Assembly: GCA_022775085.1 (NCBI GenBank)
Contig: JALFJQ010000002.1
Location: 7,681 to 71,680 of the forward strand
Source: Clostridiales bacterium
GTDB taxonomy: Bacteria > Bacillota > Clostridia > Oscillospirales > Oscillospiraceae
Direction: 5' to 3'
Length of the DNA stretch: 64,000 nt
Part shown: piece by piece, positions 18,623-27,168 of the stretch
How the letters are laid out: each line of letters starts with the position of its first letter
How positions within the stretch are numbered: the first letter of the stretch is position 1
Made by a program: the position numbers and the translations under genes
Notes under the pieces: generated by a model
Told to the model about the DNA's origin: nothing
The model's database searches: none
The model's input: only the letters and a program-made list of their open reading frames with translations

Positions 18623-18651
18623 ATTATAGTACCAATTCGACCCCATGTCAA
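18623..18651 (-). promoter_or_regulatory. consensus sigma-A promoter of the His-rich/CooT operon
   Basis: On the minus strand there is TTGACA (18651..18646), a 17-nt spacer and TATAAT (18628..18623). Confidence 0.6.
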
Positions 18652-18670
18652 AACATTTATTTCCGTCAAA

Positions 18671-18690
18671 ATATCCCCCTCGGGGGCTTG
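18671..18690. promoter_or_regulatory. candidate CsoR-family operator (C5-N2-G5 inverted repeat)
   Basis: atatCCCCCtcGGGGGcttg sits in the divergent intergenic region. It overlaps the putative -35 (TTGCGG, 18688..18693) of the plus-strand promoter, whose -10 TATAAT is at 18711..18716. Confidence 0.35.
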
Positions 18691-18748
18691 CGGAGAATCG
18701 CCTGCCGTAGTATAATACACTTTACTATGATAAAGAGGAGGGCTGGGT

Positions 18749-19120
18749 ATGTCCGAACTTCACGAACACGAGCACTGCCATGGCCACGATCATGAACAGG
18801 AGCAGGAACACGACCACGCCTACCTCCACGCCCACGGCATCGCCCACTCCCACAGCCATGTCCACGAAAATCAGAAGGCAGTCATTAACCGCCTGTCCCG
18901 GGCCATCGGCCATCTGGAGAAGGTCAAGCGGATGGTGGAGGAGGGGCACGACTGCTCCGAGGTGCTCATCCAGCTGGCTGCCGTCCGCTCCGCCCTGGAC
19001 AACACCGGCAAGGTGATCCTGAAGGATCATATGCGGCACTGCATGGTGGATGCCGTGGCGGCGGGAGATACGGAAGCCATCGACGATCTGTGTCAGGCAA
19101 TTGATAAATTTATGAAATAA
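18749..19120 (+). CDS. CsoR/RcnR-family metal-sensing repressor with His-rich N-terminal extension
   Basis: The core NRLSRAIGHLEKVKRMVEEGHDCSEVLIQLAAVRSALDNTGKVILKDHMRHC carries Cys...His-x3-Cys ligand positions. The N-terminus reads SELHEHEHCHGHDHEQEQEHDHAYLHAHGIAHSHSHVH. A GAGGAGG RBS is present. Confidence 0.85.
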   Translation: MSELHEHEHCHGHDHEQEQEHDHAYLHAHGIAHSHSHVHENQKAVINRLSRAIGHLEKVKRMVEEGHDCSEVLIQLAAVRSALDNTGKVILKDHMRHCMVDAVAAGDTEAIDDLCQAIDKFMK

Positions 19121-19132
19121 GGGTTTTCATGT

Positions 19133-19253
19133 GTCATTGCGAACCAGTCCTCTTTACTGGTGTGGCAATCCGCATCCCCGCAAGATGTTGGTCAACCGAC
19201 ATTGGTGGGGAGAACGGATTCCCACGCCAGTGTGCGCACTGGCTCGGAATGAC
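19133..19253. mobile_element. MITE-like inverted-repeat element, family B (121 bp)
   Basis: The ends are gtcattgcgaaccag... and ...ctcggaatgac. It is homologous to 17786..17927. Confidence 0.6.
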
Positions 19254-19390
19254 ATTTCTTTTTTACCGCGTCCCGCGGTAATAATTCTGAACAGCCCTTG
19301 AATTTTTCTTGAATTATGCCGTTAGGACTGGAACTTTTTCCGCGCTTATGGTATACTGTGCGCAAGTATAAGATGCCAGAGTATGCGAAG

Positions 19391-19465
19391 GCCGCAGGGC
19401 GGCCAGCCAATGCGTTACGGACGCTGGCGGCAGTCGCTACACCATTGGGCCTGCTCGACCGGCAG
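19391..19465 (-). repeat. family C element, single copy, inverted orientation
   Basis: The reverse complement ctgccggtcgagcaggcccaatggtgtagcgactgccgccagcgtccgtaacgcattggctggccgccctgcggc aligns with the 100-bp unit. Confidence 0.6.
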
Positions 19466-19505
19466 TGCTCAGTAATCTGGTAAATTACGCTATGGAGAGA
19501 AGACT

Positions 19506-21590
19506 ATGCTGGAATTATTGGCTCCCGCCGGTTCTATGGAAGCCCTGCGTGCCGCGGTGCAGAATGGCGCCAACGCCGTGTATCTGGGCGTAGGCAATCT
19601 GAACGCCCGCCAGAGCGCGAAAAACTTTACCCCCCAGACCCTGGTGGACGCGGTGAAATACTGCCACGTCCGGGGCGCTGAGGTGCATCTGACCCTGAAT
19701 ACCCTGGTCTCCGACCGGGAGATGAAGGAGGCGGCGGAGTTAATCCGCCACGCCGCCCAGAACAATGTCGATGCCTTCATCGTGCAGGACCTGGGCGTGG
19801 TGCAGCTGTGCCGCCAGATTGCCCCCCACATCCCCATCCACGGCTCCACCCAGATGACCGTCCACTCCCTGCCGGGGGTGCAGCTGTGCGCCGCCATGGG
19901 CTTAAAACGGGTGGTGCTGAGCCGGGAACTGAGCCGGGAGGAGATCCGGTATATCTGCGCAAATTCTCCCATTGAAATTGAAGTGTTCGTTCACGGCGCC
20001 CTGTGTATGTGCTACAGCGGGCAGTGCTACCTGTCCTCCGCCATCGGCGGCCGCTCCGGCAACCGGGGCCGCTGCGCCCAGCCCTGCCGCCAGAGCTACG
20101 GCTACGGCCATTGGGAGGAAAAATACCCCCTGAGTCTTAAGGACAACTGCCTTGTCCACTATTTACAGGAGCTGGAAGCTATGGGCGTGGCCTCCGTGAA
20201 GCTGGAAGGCCGGATGAAAAAGCCCGAGTATGTGGCCACTGTCACCGCCGTGTACCGCAAGGCCATGGACGAAAAGCAGGTGACCCGGCCCATGATGGAT
20301 GCCCTGATGACCGCCTTCAACCGGCAGGGCTTCACCGACGGCTACTACACCAATCGGGTGGATAAGAAAATGTTCGGTGTCCGTCTGGACACCCGGGATG
20401 ATCCCCAATGGCTTCAGGCTGCCCGGCAGTCCTTTGAGGCGGGGGAGACCCAGCTGGTAGATCTCAAATTCCGGGCTGTGGTCACGGTGGACGGCAGCTC
20501 CCTCACCGCCACCGACCCAGAGGGCCGCACCTGTACCGTGCCCGGCCCCCGTCCGGAACGGGCCATCAATCTGGCTCTCACCGGGGAAATGCTGGCCCAG
20601 CGGGTGGCAAAAACCGGCGGCACCCCCTACCGCTGCGCCGAGGTGCGCACAAGGGTTGACCCGGGTCTCATCATCTCCGCCGCCGCCATCAACGCCATGC
20701 GCCGGGATGTGCTGAACCAGCTCACCGCCCTGCGGGCCCGGCGGGAGGAGCATCCAATCCGCCAGCCCAAGCCGGTGCCGGATTACAAGGGGCCCAATGG
20801 CCTGCCCGGCCTGACGGTACAGGTCACCACAAGGGAGCAGCTGACCCCGAATCTGCTCAACTCCGAAACCGCCATGCTCTATGTGCCCCTGCACATCCTC
20901 ACCGCCGACCCGGACATGACCCTTCGTCTTGTTCAGCGGGGGCGGCTGGCGGCGGCATTGCCGAGAATCGTCCACGACGGGGAAATGCCCAAGCTCAAAA
21001 AGGATCTGGCGCTTTTGCAGAGTCTCGGTGTCCGCCACGCGCTGGTGGGCAATCTGGGCCTTCTCGGCCCCGTCCGGGAGGCGGGCATGAAGGTTCACGG
21101 CGATTTCGGCCTGAATATCTACAACTCTGCTTCCATGAACGTGCTGCGTTCTCTGGAAGCGGCCTCCGCCACGGTGAGCTTTGAAATGACTCTGCCTCAA
21201 ATTCGCGACCTGAGCAAGGCGGTAAACACGGAGATCATCGCCTACGGCCGGCAGCCCCTGATGGTGACGGAGCACTGCCTCATTCAGGGCCGCACCGGCG
21301 AGTGCACCTGCCATCTTGGCGGCATTACCAAGCTGACGGACAAGACCGGCGCGGAATTTCCCATTATCCGCGACGGCGACAGCTGCCGCAGCGTCCTGCT
21401 CAACGGCAAGAAGCTCAGCTGGCTGGATCGGCAGGACGACCTTGCCAAGCTGGGTGTCTGGGCCATCCGGCTGTCCTTCACCACGGAAAACGCAAGGGAA
21501 GTGGATCGCATTCTGGAAGATTATCTGAATCCCACCCCCTTCGACCCCGGCGCGTGTACGAGAGGACTGTATCTGCGCGGCGTAGAATAG
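19506..21590 (+). CDS. U32-family peptidase (collagenase-like)
   Basis: MLELLAPAGSMEALRAAVQNGANAVYLG at the N-terminus and the E..VHGALC.CYSGQC motif are typical of peptidase U32. This is a long (694 aa) form. Confidence 0.88.
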   Translation: MLELLAPAGSMEALRAAVQNGANAVYLGVGNLNARQSAKNFTPQTLVDAVKYCHVRGAEVHLTLNTLVSDREMKEAAELIRHAAQNNVDAFIVQDLGVVQLCRQIAPHIPIHGSTQMTVHSLPGVQLCAAMGLKRVVLSRELSREEIRYICANSPIEIEVFVHGALCMCYSGQCYLSSAIGGRSGNRGRCAQPCRQSYGYGHWEEKYPLSLKDNCLVHYLQELEAMGVASVKLEGRMKKPEYVATVTAVYRKAMDEKQVTRPMMDALMTAFNRQGFTDGYYTNRVDKKMFGVRLDTRDDPQWLQAARQSFEAGETQLVDLKFRAVVTVDGSSLTATDPEGRTCTVPGPRPERAINLALTGEMLAQRVAKTGGTPYRCAEVRTRVDPGLIISAAAINAMRRDVLNQLTALRARREEHPIRQPKPVPDYKGPNGLPGLTVQVTTREQLTPNLLNSETAMLYVPLHILTADPDMTLRLVQRGRLAAALPRIVHDGEMPKLKKDLALLQSLGVRHALVGNLGLLGPVREAGMKVHGDFGLNIYNSASMNVLRSLEAASATVSFEMTLPQIRDLSKAVNTEIIAYGRQPLMVTEHCLIQGRTGECTCHLGGITKLTDKTGAEFPIIRDGDSCRSVLLNGKKLSWLDRQDDLAKLGVWAIRLSFTTENAREVDRILEDYLNPTPFDPGACTRGLYLRGVE

Positions 21591-21599
21591 AAAATTCGT

Positions 21600-21622
21600 T
21601 GGGCGGGTTCATGACCCCGCCG
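21600..21622. repeat. REP-like element (family A)
   Basis: tgggcgggttcatgaccccgccg. A further half-copy, catgaccccgccctac, lies at about 21717..21733. Confidence 0.5.
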
Positions 21623-21755
21623 ACCCGGTTGGAATATACACAAGTAAAAAACAACGCATACGGGTTGTTTCCGAAAATAACGCACCAGTACCATGGAATT
21701 GGTGCGTCGGCGGATGTCATGACCCCGCCCTACAACGTAAGAAAGGCACAAATCT

Positions 21756-22331
21756 ATGCAACTGATTTTAGCCTCCGGGTCGCCCCGGAGAAAGGAACTT
21801 TTATCGCTGTTCGGCGTACCATTCACCGTCCGGGCGGCGGATATTGACGAGACCATGGACCCCAATAAGGCCCCCTTCAACGAGGTAGCCCGGGTCAGCC
21901 GCCTGAAAGCGCTGGCTGTGCCCCGGGAGAAAGACGACGTGGTCGTCGCGGCGGACACCATCGTGGTCTGCGGCGGCGCCGTTCTGGGCAAGCCCCACAG
22001 CCGGGAGGAGGCCATAAGGATGCTTACCGCCCTGTCCGGCCGGGATCATCAGGTCATGACCGGCTGCACCGTGGTGCGCGGCGAAAAAGCCGAGACCTTC
22101 ACCGAGGTCACCGATCTGCACTTCCGTCCCCTGGGCGAAGCCGAAATTGCCCGGTATGTTGACTCCGGCGAGCCTATGGACAAGGCCGGGGCCTACGGCA
22201 TTCAGGGCGGTGCGGCCCTTTTCTGCGAAAAAATCGTGGGGGATTATTACAATGTCATGGGGCTTCCCGTGTGCCGCCTGGGGCAGGTGCTGCGCAAAGT
22301 CGCCCCGGAGATCACGGAGGACATTCAATGA
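21756..22331 (+). CDS. maf: Maf-family nucleoside triphosphate pyrophosphatase (septum formation protein)
   Basis: MQLILASGSPRRKELL and DKAGAYGIQG motifs. Confidence 0.92.
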   Translation: MQLILASGSPRRKELLSLFGVPFTVRAADIDETMDPNKAPFNEVARVSRLKALAVPREKDDVVVAADTIVVCGGAVLGKPHSREEAIRMLTALSGRDHQVMTGCTVVRGEKAETFTEVTDLHFRPLGEAEIARYVDSGEPMDKAGAYGIQGGAALFCEKIVGDYYNVMGLPVCRLGQVLRKVAPEITEDIQ

Positions 22332-23239
22332 GAAATCTGTTTACCGGCAAAATCGCCATTATTCTGGTGCTGGCAGTCGTTCTTGCGCTGGTGCTTTCCA
22401 TTTTCGGCGGCATCATGAACAAAAATCCGCTGGATCTGGCAGTCCAGGGCGCGCTGGCCCCCCTGCGGGCGGCTGCCACCGCCCTGACCACCACGGCTGA
22501 GAAATATTACGGCTATATGTTCCGCTATGAGGCACTGGCGGCGGAAAACGAAGTGCTGAAAAAGCAGATCGCGGAAATGGAGGACACCGCCCGTCAGGCA
22601 GAATCCGTCTCCCGTGAGAATCAGCGTCTGCGCAAGGGCATGAACCTGCAGGAGACCCATGAGGACTACAAGCTGGTGGACGCCTATATCATCGGCTGGA
22701 GCTCCAGCGACTGGGAAAATACCCTGACCATCAACCGGGGAACCAACTCCGGCATTCAGAGGAATATGTGCGCCGTGACGGAAAACGGCGAAGTGGTGGG
22801 TCTGGTGACGGATGTGGGCATCAACTATGCCGAGGTCACCACCATTCTGGACTCCACTCTGGAAATTTCCGGCACCATCGCCTCCTCCGGCTATAACGGC
22901 ATGGTCCGCGGCGGCTACATTGACGGCCACCAGACCCTGCTGCAAATGAACTACCTGCCCTCCGCCGCCATTATCCGCAACAAGGAGCAGGTGGTGACCT
23001 CCGGCTCTACCGTGTATCCCCGGGGCCTTATCATGGGCAACGTGGTGGACGCCGGCTTTGAGGAGACCGGCATCGCCAAGTACGCCTTGCTGGATCCCGC
23101 GGCGGAGATCAATTCTTTGGAGCAGATCTTCATCATCACCGAATATACCACCGAATCCGTGACCCCTGCCACCACGGCCACCGAGGCGACCCAACCGACC
23201 GTGGAGGAGACCACCGAGCCCGTGGGCGGCTTCGGTTAA
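22328..23239 (+). CDS. mreC: rod shape-determining protein MreC
   Basis: N-terminal TM, a coiled-coil, then the beta-barrel region (VVGLVTDVG, SGSTVYPRGLIMG). The ATG overlaps the maf stop. Confidence 0.9.
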   Translation: MRNLFTGKIAIILVLAVVLALVLSIFGGIMNKNPLDLAVQGALAPLRAAATALTTTAEKYYGYMFRYEALAAENEVLKKQIAEMEDTARQAESVSRENQRLRKGMNLQETHEDYKLVDAYIIGWSSSDWENTLTINRGTNSGIQRNMCAVTENGEVVGLVTDVGINYAEVTTILDSTLEISGTIASSGYNGMVRGGYIDGHQTLLQMNYLPSAAIIRNKEQVVTSGSTVYPRGLIMGNVVDAGFEETGIAKYALLDPAAEINSLEQIFIITEYTTESVTPATTATEATQPTVEETTEPVGGFG

Positions 23240-23249
23240 GGAGCGCGCC

Positions 23250-23909
23250 ATGGCTGAAAAAAAGAAACGCCGCTCCGCCGGCAGAAAACCGAAGGAACGC
23301 ACCCTGGCGGAGCTGTTCCGCCGGAATCAGCGGAAGAACCGAAATGAATTCAAGCCGGACCCTGCCGCTTCCACCTGGCTTAAGACCCAGCGGCTGACCC
23401 AGCTGCAGCGGCAGCGGCTGCTAAAGTGGACGCTGTATGTGCTCATCATCGTTGCGTGCCTGGTCATTCAGGACGTGATTATGAGCCAGCTGCGCCTGTT
23501 TGGCGCCACCACCGATCTGGCCGTGGGGGCCATCCTGCTGATCACGGTCATCGAGGGCACCGATGTGGGTAGTGTGTTCGTGCTGTTCGCCTCGGCTCTG
23601 TACTGGTTCTCCGGTTCCGCGCCGACCCCCGTCTGCATCGCCCTGCTCACGTTTTTCGGTATCGGCACCACCATGTTCCGGCAGCTGTTCTGGCACCGCA
23701 GCCGGGGCACCCTGACGCTGTGCGCCTGCCTTGCCCTGACGCTGTACGAGCTGGGCCTGTTCGTCACGGGTCTGTCTCAGGGCCTGACCTACTGGGGAAG
23801 GCTCCATTCCTACCTGCTGACAAGCATCTATACCAGTCTCATTATGATCCCGCTGTATTCTCTGGTCTGCAAGACCGGCCTGATTGGAGGTAACACATGG
23901 AAAGAATAA
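23250..23909 (+). CDS. mreD: rod shape-determining protein MreD-like, with basic N-terminal extension
   Basis: Polytopic membrane protein sitting between mreC and mrdA. The first 60 or so residues are highly basic (KKKRRSAGRKPKER...). Confidence 0.65.
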   Translation: MAEKKKRRSAGRKPKERTLAELFRRNQRKNRNEFKPDPAASTWLKTQRLTQLQRQRLLKWTLYVLIIVACLVIQDVIMSQLRLFGATTDLAVGAILLITVIEGTDVGSVFVLFASALYWFSGSAPTPVCIALLTFFGIGTTMFRQLFWHRSRGTLTLCACLALTLYELGLFVTGLSQGLTYWGRLHSYLLTSIYTSLIMIPLYSLVCKTGLIGGNTWKE

Positions 23910-26065
23910 GCCGCGTTCGCGCGGGTGTGTTTCTGGGCCTGTTCGCCTTTATTCTGCTTCTGTTCTCTCTGCGGCTTTTCAAGCTGCAGATCATCGACAC
24001 CAAGGGCGACACCGATAATACCCAGGTCTACGGCACCATTACCACCGTCCGCGCGTCCCGGGGTGATATTCTGGATCGCAACGGTAACGTGCTGGTGGGC
24101 AATCGGGCTTCTTACAACCTGGTGTTCAACCACTACGTCATCAAATCCAACCCCAACTGCAACCAGGCACTCTTTGATCTGGTGCAGAAGTGCCGGGAGC
24201 TGGGCATCACCTACTCCGACCACTTCCCCGTGTCCGCAACCCGCCCCTTTACCTACACCCTTACCGAATTCAACACCTCCTGGCAGAACAACTTCCAGCT
24301 GTTCATGGTGGACCGTGGCCTGGATTCCGACATCACCGCCCCGCTGCTGGTGGAGAAGATGCGCACCCGTTATTCCATTCCTGACGAATGGTCTGACGAG
24401 GATGCCCGGGCCGTTATCGGCTTCCGGTACGAATTTGACCTGCGCGGCATCACATACCTTCCTACCTATACCTTCCTGGAGGACGTTACCGACCAGCAGC
24501 TGTCCGCCATTCTGGAGCTGAACACCCCCGGCCTCAACGTCGAGGCCTCCACTGTCCGGGAATACCACACCAAGTACGCCGCCCACGTCCTTGGCTATCT
24601 GGGCGGCATGAACGACGCGCAGTGGGAGGAATATAAGAAGCAGGGCTACTCCATGGACGCCAAGGTGGGCCAGACCGGCTTCGAGCTGGCCTTTGAGGAA
24701 TACCTCCACGGCATTGACGGCACCCGCTATGACGAAGTCAACAAGGACGGCGCTACCACCAAGTCCTACTATACCAAAGACCCCATCGCCGGAAACTCGG
24801 TGGAGACCACCATTGACATCAAAATTCAGGAAGTGGCGGAAAAGGCGCTGGAGCAGGTCATGCACAACATCACCGACCCGGAGCAGCGCAAAGCAGGAGA
24901 CGATGGGGCTGGTCTGGATGCCGAAGGCGCTGCGGTGGTGGTCATGCAACCGCAGACCGGCGAAATTCTCGCCTGTGCCAGCTATCCCACCTTCAACCTT
25001 GCCACCATGTACGAGGACTGGAACGACATCATGGCAGACCCGTTGAAGCCCTTCTTCAACCGGGCTTTCGGCGCGGAATACCCCCCCGGTTCCTCCTTCA
25101 AAATGTGTACCCTGATCTCCGCCATGGAGCACCGCAACAAAGAAGGCAACTTCATTTACAACTACGGTGAAAAAATCGAGGATAAGGGTGTGTTCACCAA
25201 GTACGAAGGCTTCGCACCCACGTGCCTCGCCTGGACATCCGGTCATTTCGTCCACACCGCCTTCGACGGCTCCCCCGGCGGCATCGACGCTACCGATGCC
25301 CTGTGCTACTCCTGCAACTACTTCTTCTATGTGTTGGGCGACCTGAACAACGAGAAGAACATGGAGGAAACCTGCAAGGCCCTGGGCCTGGGCGTGCCTA
25401 CCGGCATCGAGCTGGTGGAGAAGACCGGACGGATCAACACCAGCGCGGTCAAGCGTCAGGTCTACGGTGCCGGCGTCAACGGCAACTTCTCCGCAGGCGA
25501 CCGTGTTCTGGGCGCCATCGGTCAGGGCGAAAACCGCTTCACTCCCATGCAGTTGGCGGTCTACGCCTCCACCCTTGCCAACAAGGGCACCCGGATGAAG
25601 GCCACCTTCCTGAGCCGTGTGGTGTCCTCCGACTACCGCACCCTGATTAAGGAAAACCAGCCGGAAATCGCGAACCAGCTGGAAATGGCCCCCACCACCA
25701 TTGAGAGCTATTGGACCGGTATGCGCAAGGTCATTACCCAGATGGGCGGCACCGCCACGGCCTACTTCGGCGGCCCCAAGGATCTGTATGGTGAGGGCGA
25801 CGGTGTGTGGCCCCTGAAGGGTGAGGTCATCGTCTACGCCAAGACCGGCACCGCCGAGCACGCCTCCCTTGGCTCCGACCATGGTGCCTTCATCTGCTTT
25901 GCCCACCGCAAGGACGAGACCCAGCCGGACATTGCCGTGGCCCTCTACGGCGAGAAGGTGGCCCACGGTTCCTGGCTGGCTCCCGTGGCTGAGCAGATCC
26001 TGCTGAGCTACTACGAAATGGACGCCGCCAGCGAAGTCACCGCCTTTGAAAATCAGGCTGGCTAA
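23897..26065 (+). CDS. mrdA: penicillin-binding protein 2 (elongation transpeptidase)
   Basis: PBP dimerisation domain plus a transpeptidase with SSFK (SxxK), SCN (YSCNYFF; SxN) and KTGTAE (KTG) motifs. Confidence 0.9.
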   Translation: MERISRVRAGVFLGLFAFILLLFSLRLFKLQIIDTKGDTDNTQVYGTITTVRASRGDILDRNGNVLVGNRASYNLVFNHYVIKSNPNCNQALFDLVQKCRELGITYSDHFPVSATRPFTYTLTEFNTSWQNNFQLFMVDRGLDSDITAPLLVEKMRTRYSIPDEWSDEDARAVIGFRYEFDLRGITYLPTYTFLEDVTDQQLSAILELNTPGLNVEASTVREYHTKYAAHVLGYLGGMNDAQWEEYKKQGYSMDAKVGQTGFELAFEEYLHGIDGTRYDEVNKDGATTKSYYTKDPIAGNSVETTIDIKIQEVAEKALEQVMHNITDPEQRKAGDDGAGLDAEGAAVVVMQPQTGEILACASYPTFNLATMYEDWNDIMADPLKPFFNRAFGAEYPPGSSFKMCTLISAMEHRNKEGNFIYNYGEKIEDKGVFTKYEGFAPTCLAWTSGHFVHTAFDGSPGGIDATDALCYSCNYFFYVLGDLNNEKNMEETCKALGLGVPTGIELVEKTGRINTSAVKRQVYGAGVNGNFSAGDRVLGAIGQGENRFTPMQLAVYASTLANKGTRMKATFLSRVVSSDYRTLIKENQPEIANQLEMAPTTIESYWTGMRKVITQMGGTATAYFGGPKDLYGEGDGVWPLKGEVIVYAKTGTAEHASLGSDHGAFICFAHRKDETQPDIAVALYGEKVAHGSWLAPVAEQILLSYYEMDAASEVTAFENQAG

Positions 26066-26080
26066 ACAGGAGGAATGGAT

Positions 26081-27085
26081 ATGGATCTGAAAATCGGGCG
26101 CATGGAGCATGGCCCAAGAAACGCCATTACGGATGTCGCCGGGGTGCGGGTCGGACACTGCACCGTGGACGACGACCGGCACAAAACCGGCGTGACTGTG
26201 GTTCTGCCCTGCGAGGACGACATTTTTCAAAACAAAATGGTTGCGGCATACCATGTGCTCAACGGCTTCGGCAAAACTGCCGGGTTGATGCAGATCGGGG
26301 AGCTGGGCACACTGGAAACGCCTATTGCCCTGACCAACACTCTGAACGTCGGTCTGGTGCACGATGCCATGGTGGAATATATGTGCCGTCAGGCGGAACA
26401 GCGGAATTACCGGATCGCCTCCGTGAATCCCGTGGTCTGCGAGTGCAACGACGCCTCTCTGAATGACATCCGCCATCGGGCGGTGGGGCAGGCGGAGGTC
26501 TTTGCCGCCATCGAAAACGCCTCGGAGGATTTCCGGTTGGGTGACGTGGGCGCGGGCAAGGGCATGACCTGCCACGACCTGAAGGGCGGCATCGGCACCG
26601 CCTCCCGGATCGTGGAGGTGGGCGCAGAGCGGTTCACCCTGGGAATGCTGGTGCTGACCAACCACGGCTGCCTTCGGGATCTGACCATCGGCGGAAAGAA
26701 CGTGGGCGCTGAAATCGAAGGACGCATCCGGGAGGACTCCCCGGATCAGGGAAGCTGCATCATGATTTTGGGCACAGACCTGCCGGTGACCTCCCGGCAG
26801 CTGGGACGAATCATCCGCCGGTGCAGCGTGGGACTGGCCCGGCTGGGCAGCTACATCGGCCACGGCAGCGGTGAGGTCATGGTGGGCTTTTCCACCGCCA
26901 ACCGCATCCCCCCGGAAGGCGGATGCCTGAATTTCCGGTGCATTCACGAATCCCACATGGACGATGCCTTCCGGGCGGCGGCAGAGGCCACGGAGGAAGC
27001 GGTGCTTCGCTCCATGCTGGAAGCCGGCACCGTCACCGGATATACCGGCAAGGTGCGCAGGAGTCTGCGGGAGTTCTGGCCGTAA
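26081..27085 (+). CDS. P1/S58 (DmpA-type) aminopeptidase family protein
   Basis: NAITDVAGVRVGH...KTGVTVVL at the N-terminus and the GTDLP...RLG layout are typical of the DmpA/Ntn family. The ATG at 26081 has better RBS spacing than the one at 26075. Confidence 0.8.
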   Translation: MDLKIGRMEHGPRNAITDVAGVRVGHCTVDDDRHKTGVTVVLPCEDDIFQNKMVAAYHVLNGFGKTAGLMQIGELGTLETPIALTNTLNVGLVHDAMVEYMCRQAEQRNYRIASVNPVVCECNDASLNDIRHRAVGQAEVFAAIENASEDFRLGDVGAGKGMTCHDLKGGIGTASRIVEVGAERFTLGMLVLTNHGCLRDLTIGGKNVGAEIEGRIREDSPDQGSCIMILGTDLPVTSRQLGRIIRRCSVGLARLGSYIGHGSGEVMVGFSTANRIPPEGGCLNFRCIHESHMDDAFRAAAEATEEAVLRSMLEAGTVTGYTGKVRRSLREFWP

Positions 27086-27095
27086 CACAGATGCC

Positions 27096-27134
27096 AAAGA
27101 GAGGAAGCGGAGTGTTCCGCTTCCTCTCTTTTTC
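27096..27134. terminator. bidirectional rho-independent terminator
   Basis: aaagagaggaagcgg-agtgtt-ccgcttcctctcttt is followed by ttc. It lies between convergent genes. Confidence 0.7.
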
Positions 27135-27168
27135 ATGGAGTACGGGGCAGCGATGCCGTCCCGGCTGT

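Noticed and set aside
19192-19410. 72-aa ORF containing ...KKCHSEPVRTLAWESVLPTNVG
   Set aside because: It overlaps the family B MITE-like element. The same peptide-like strings arise wherever the element occurs, so it is repeat-derived rather than a gene.
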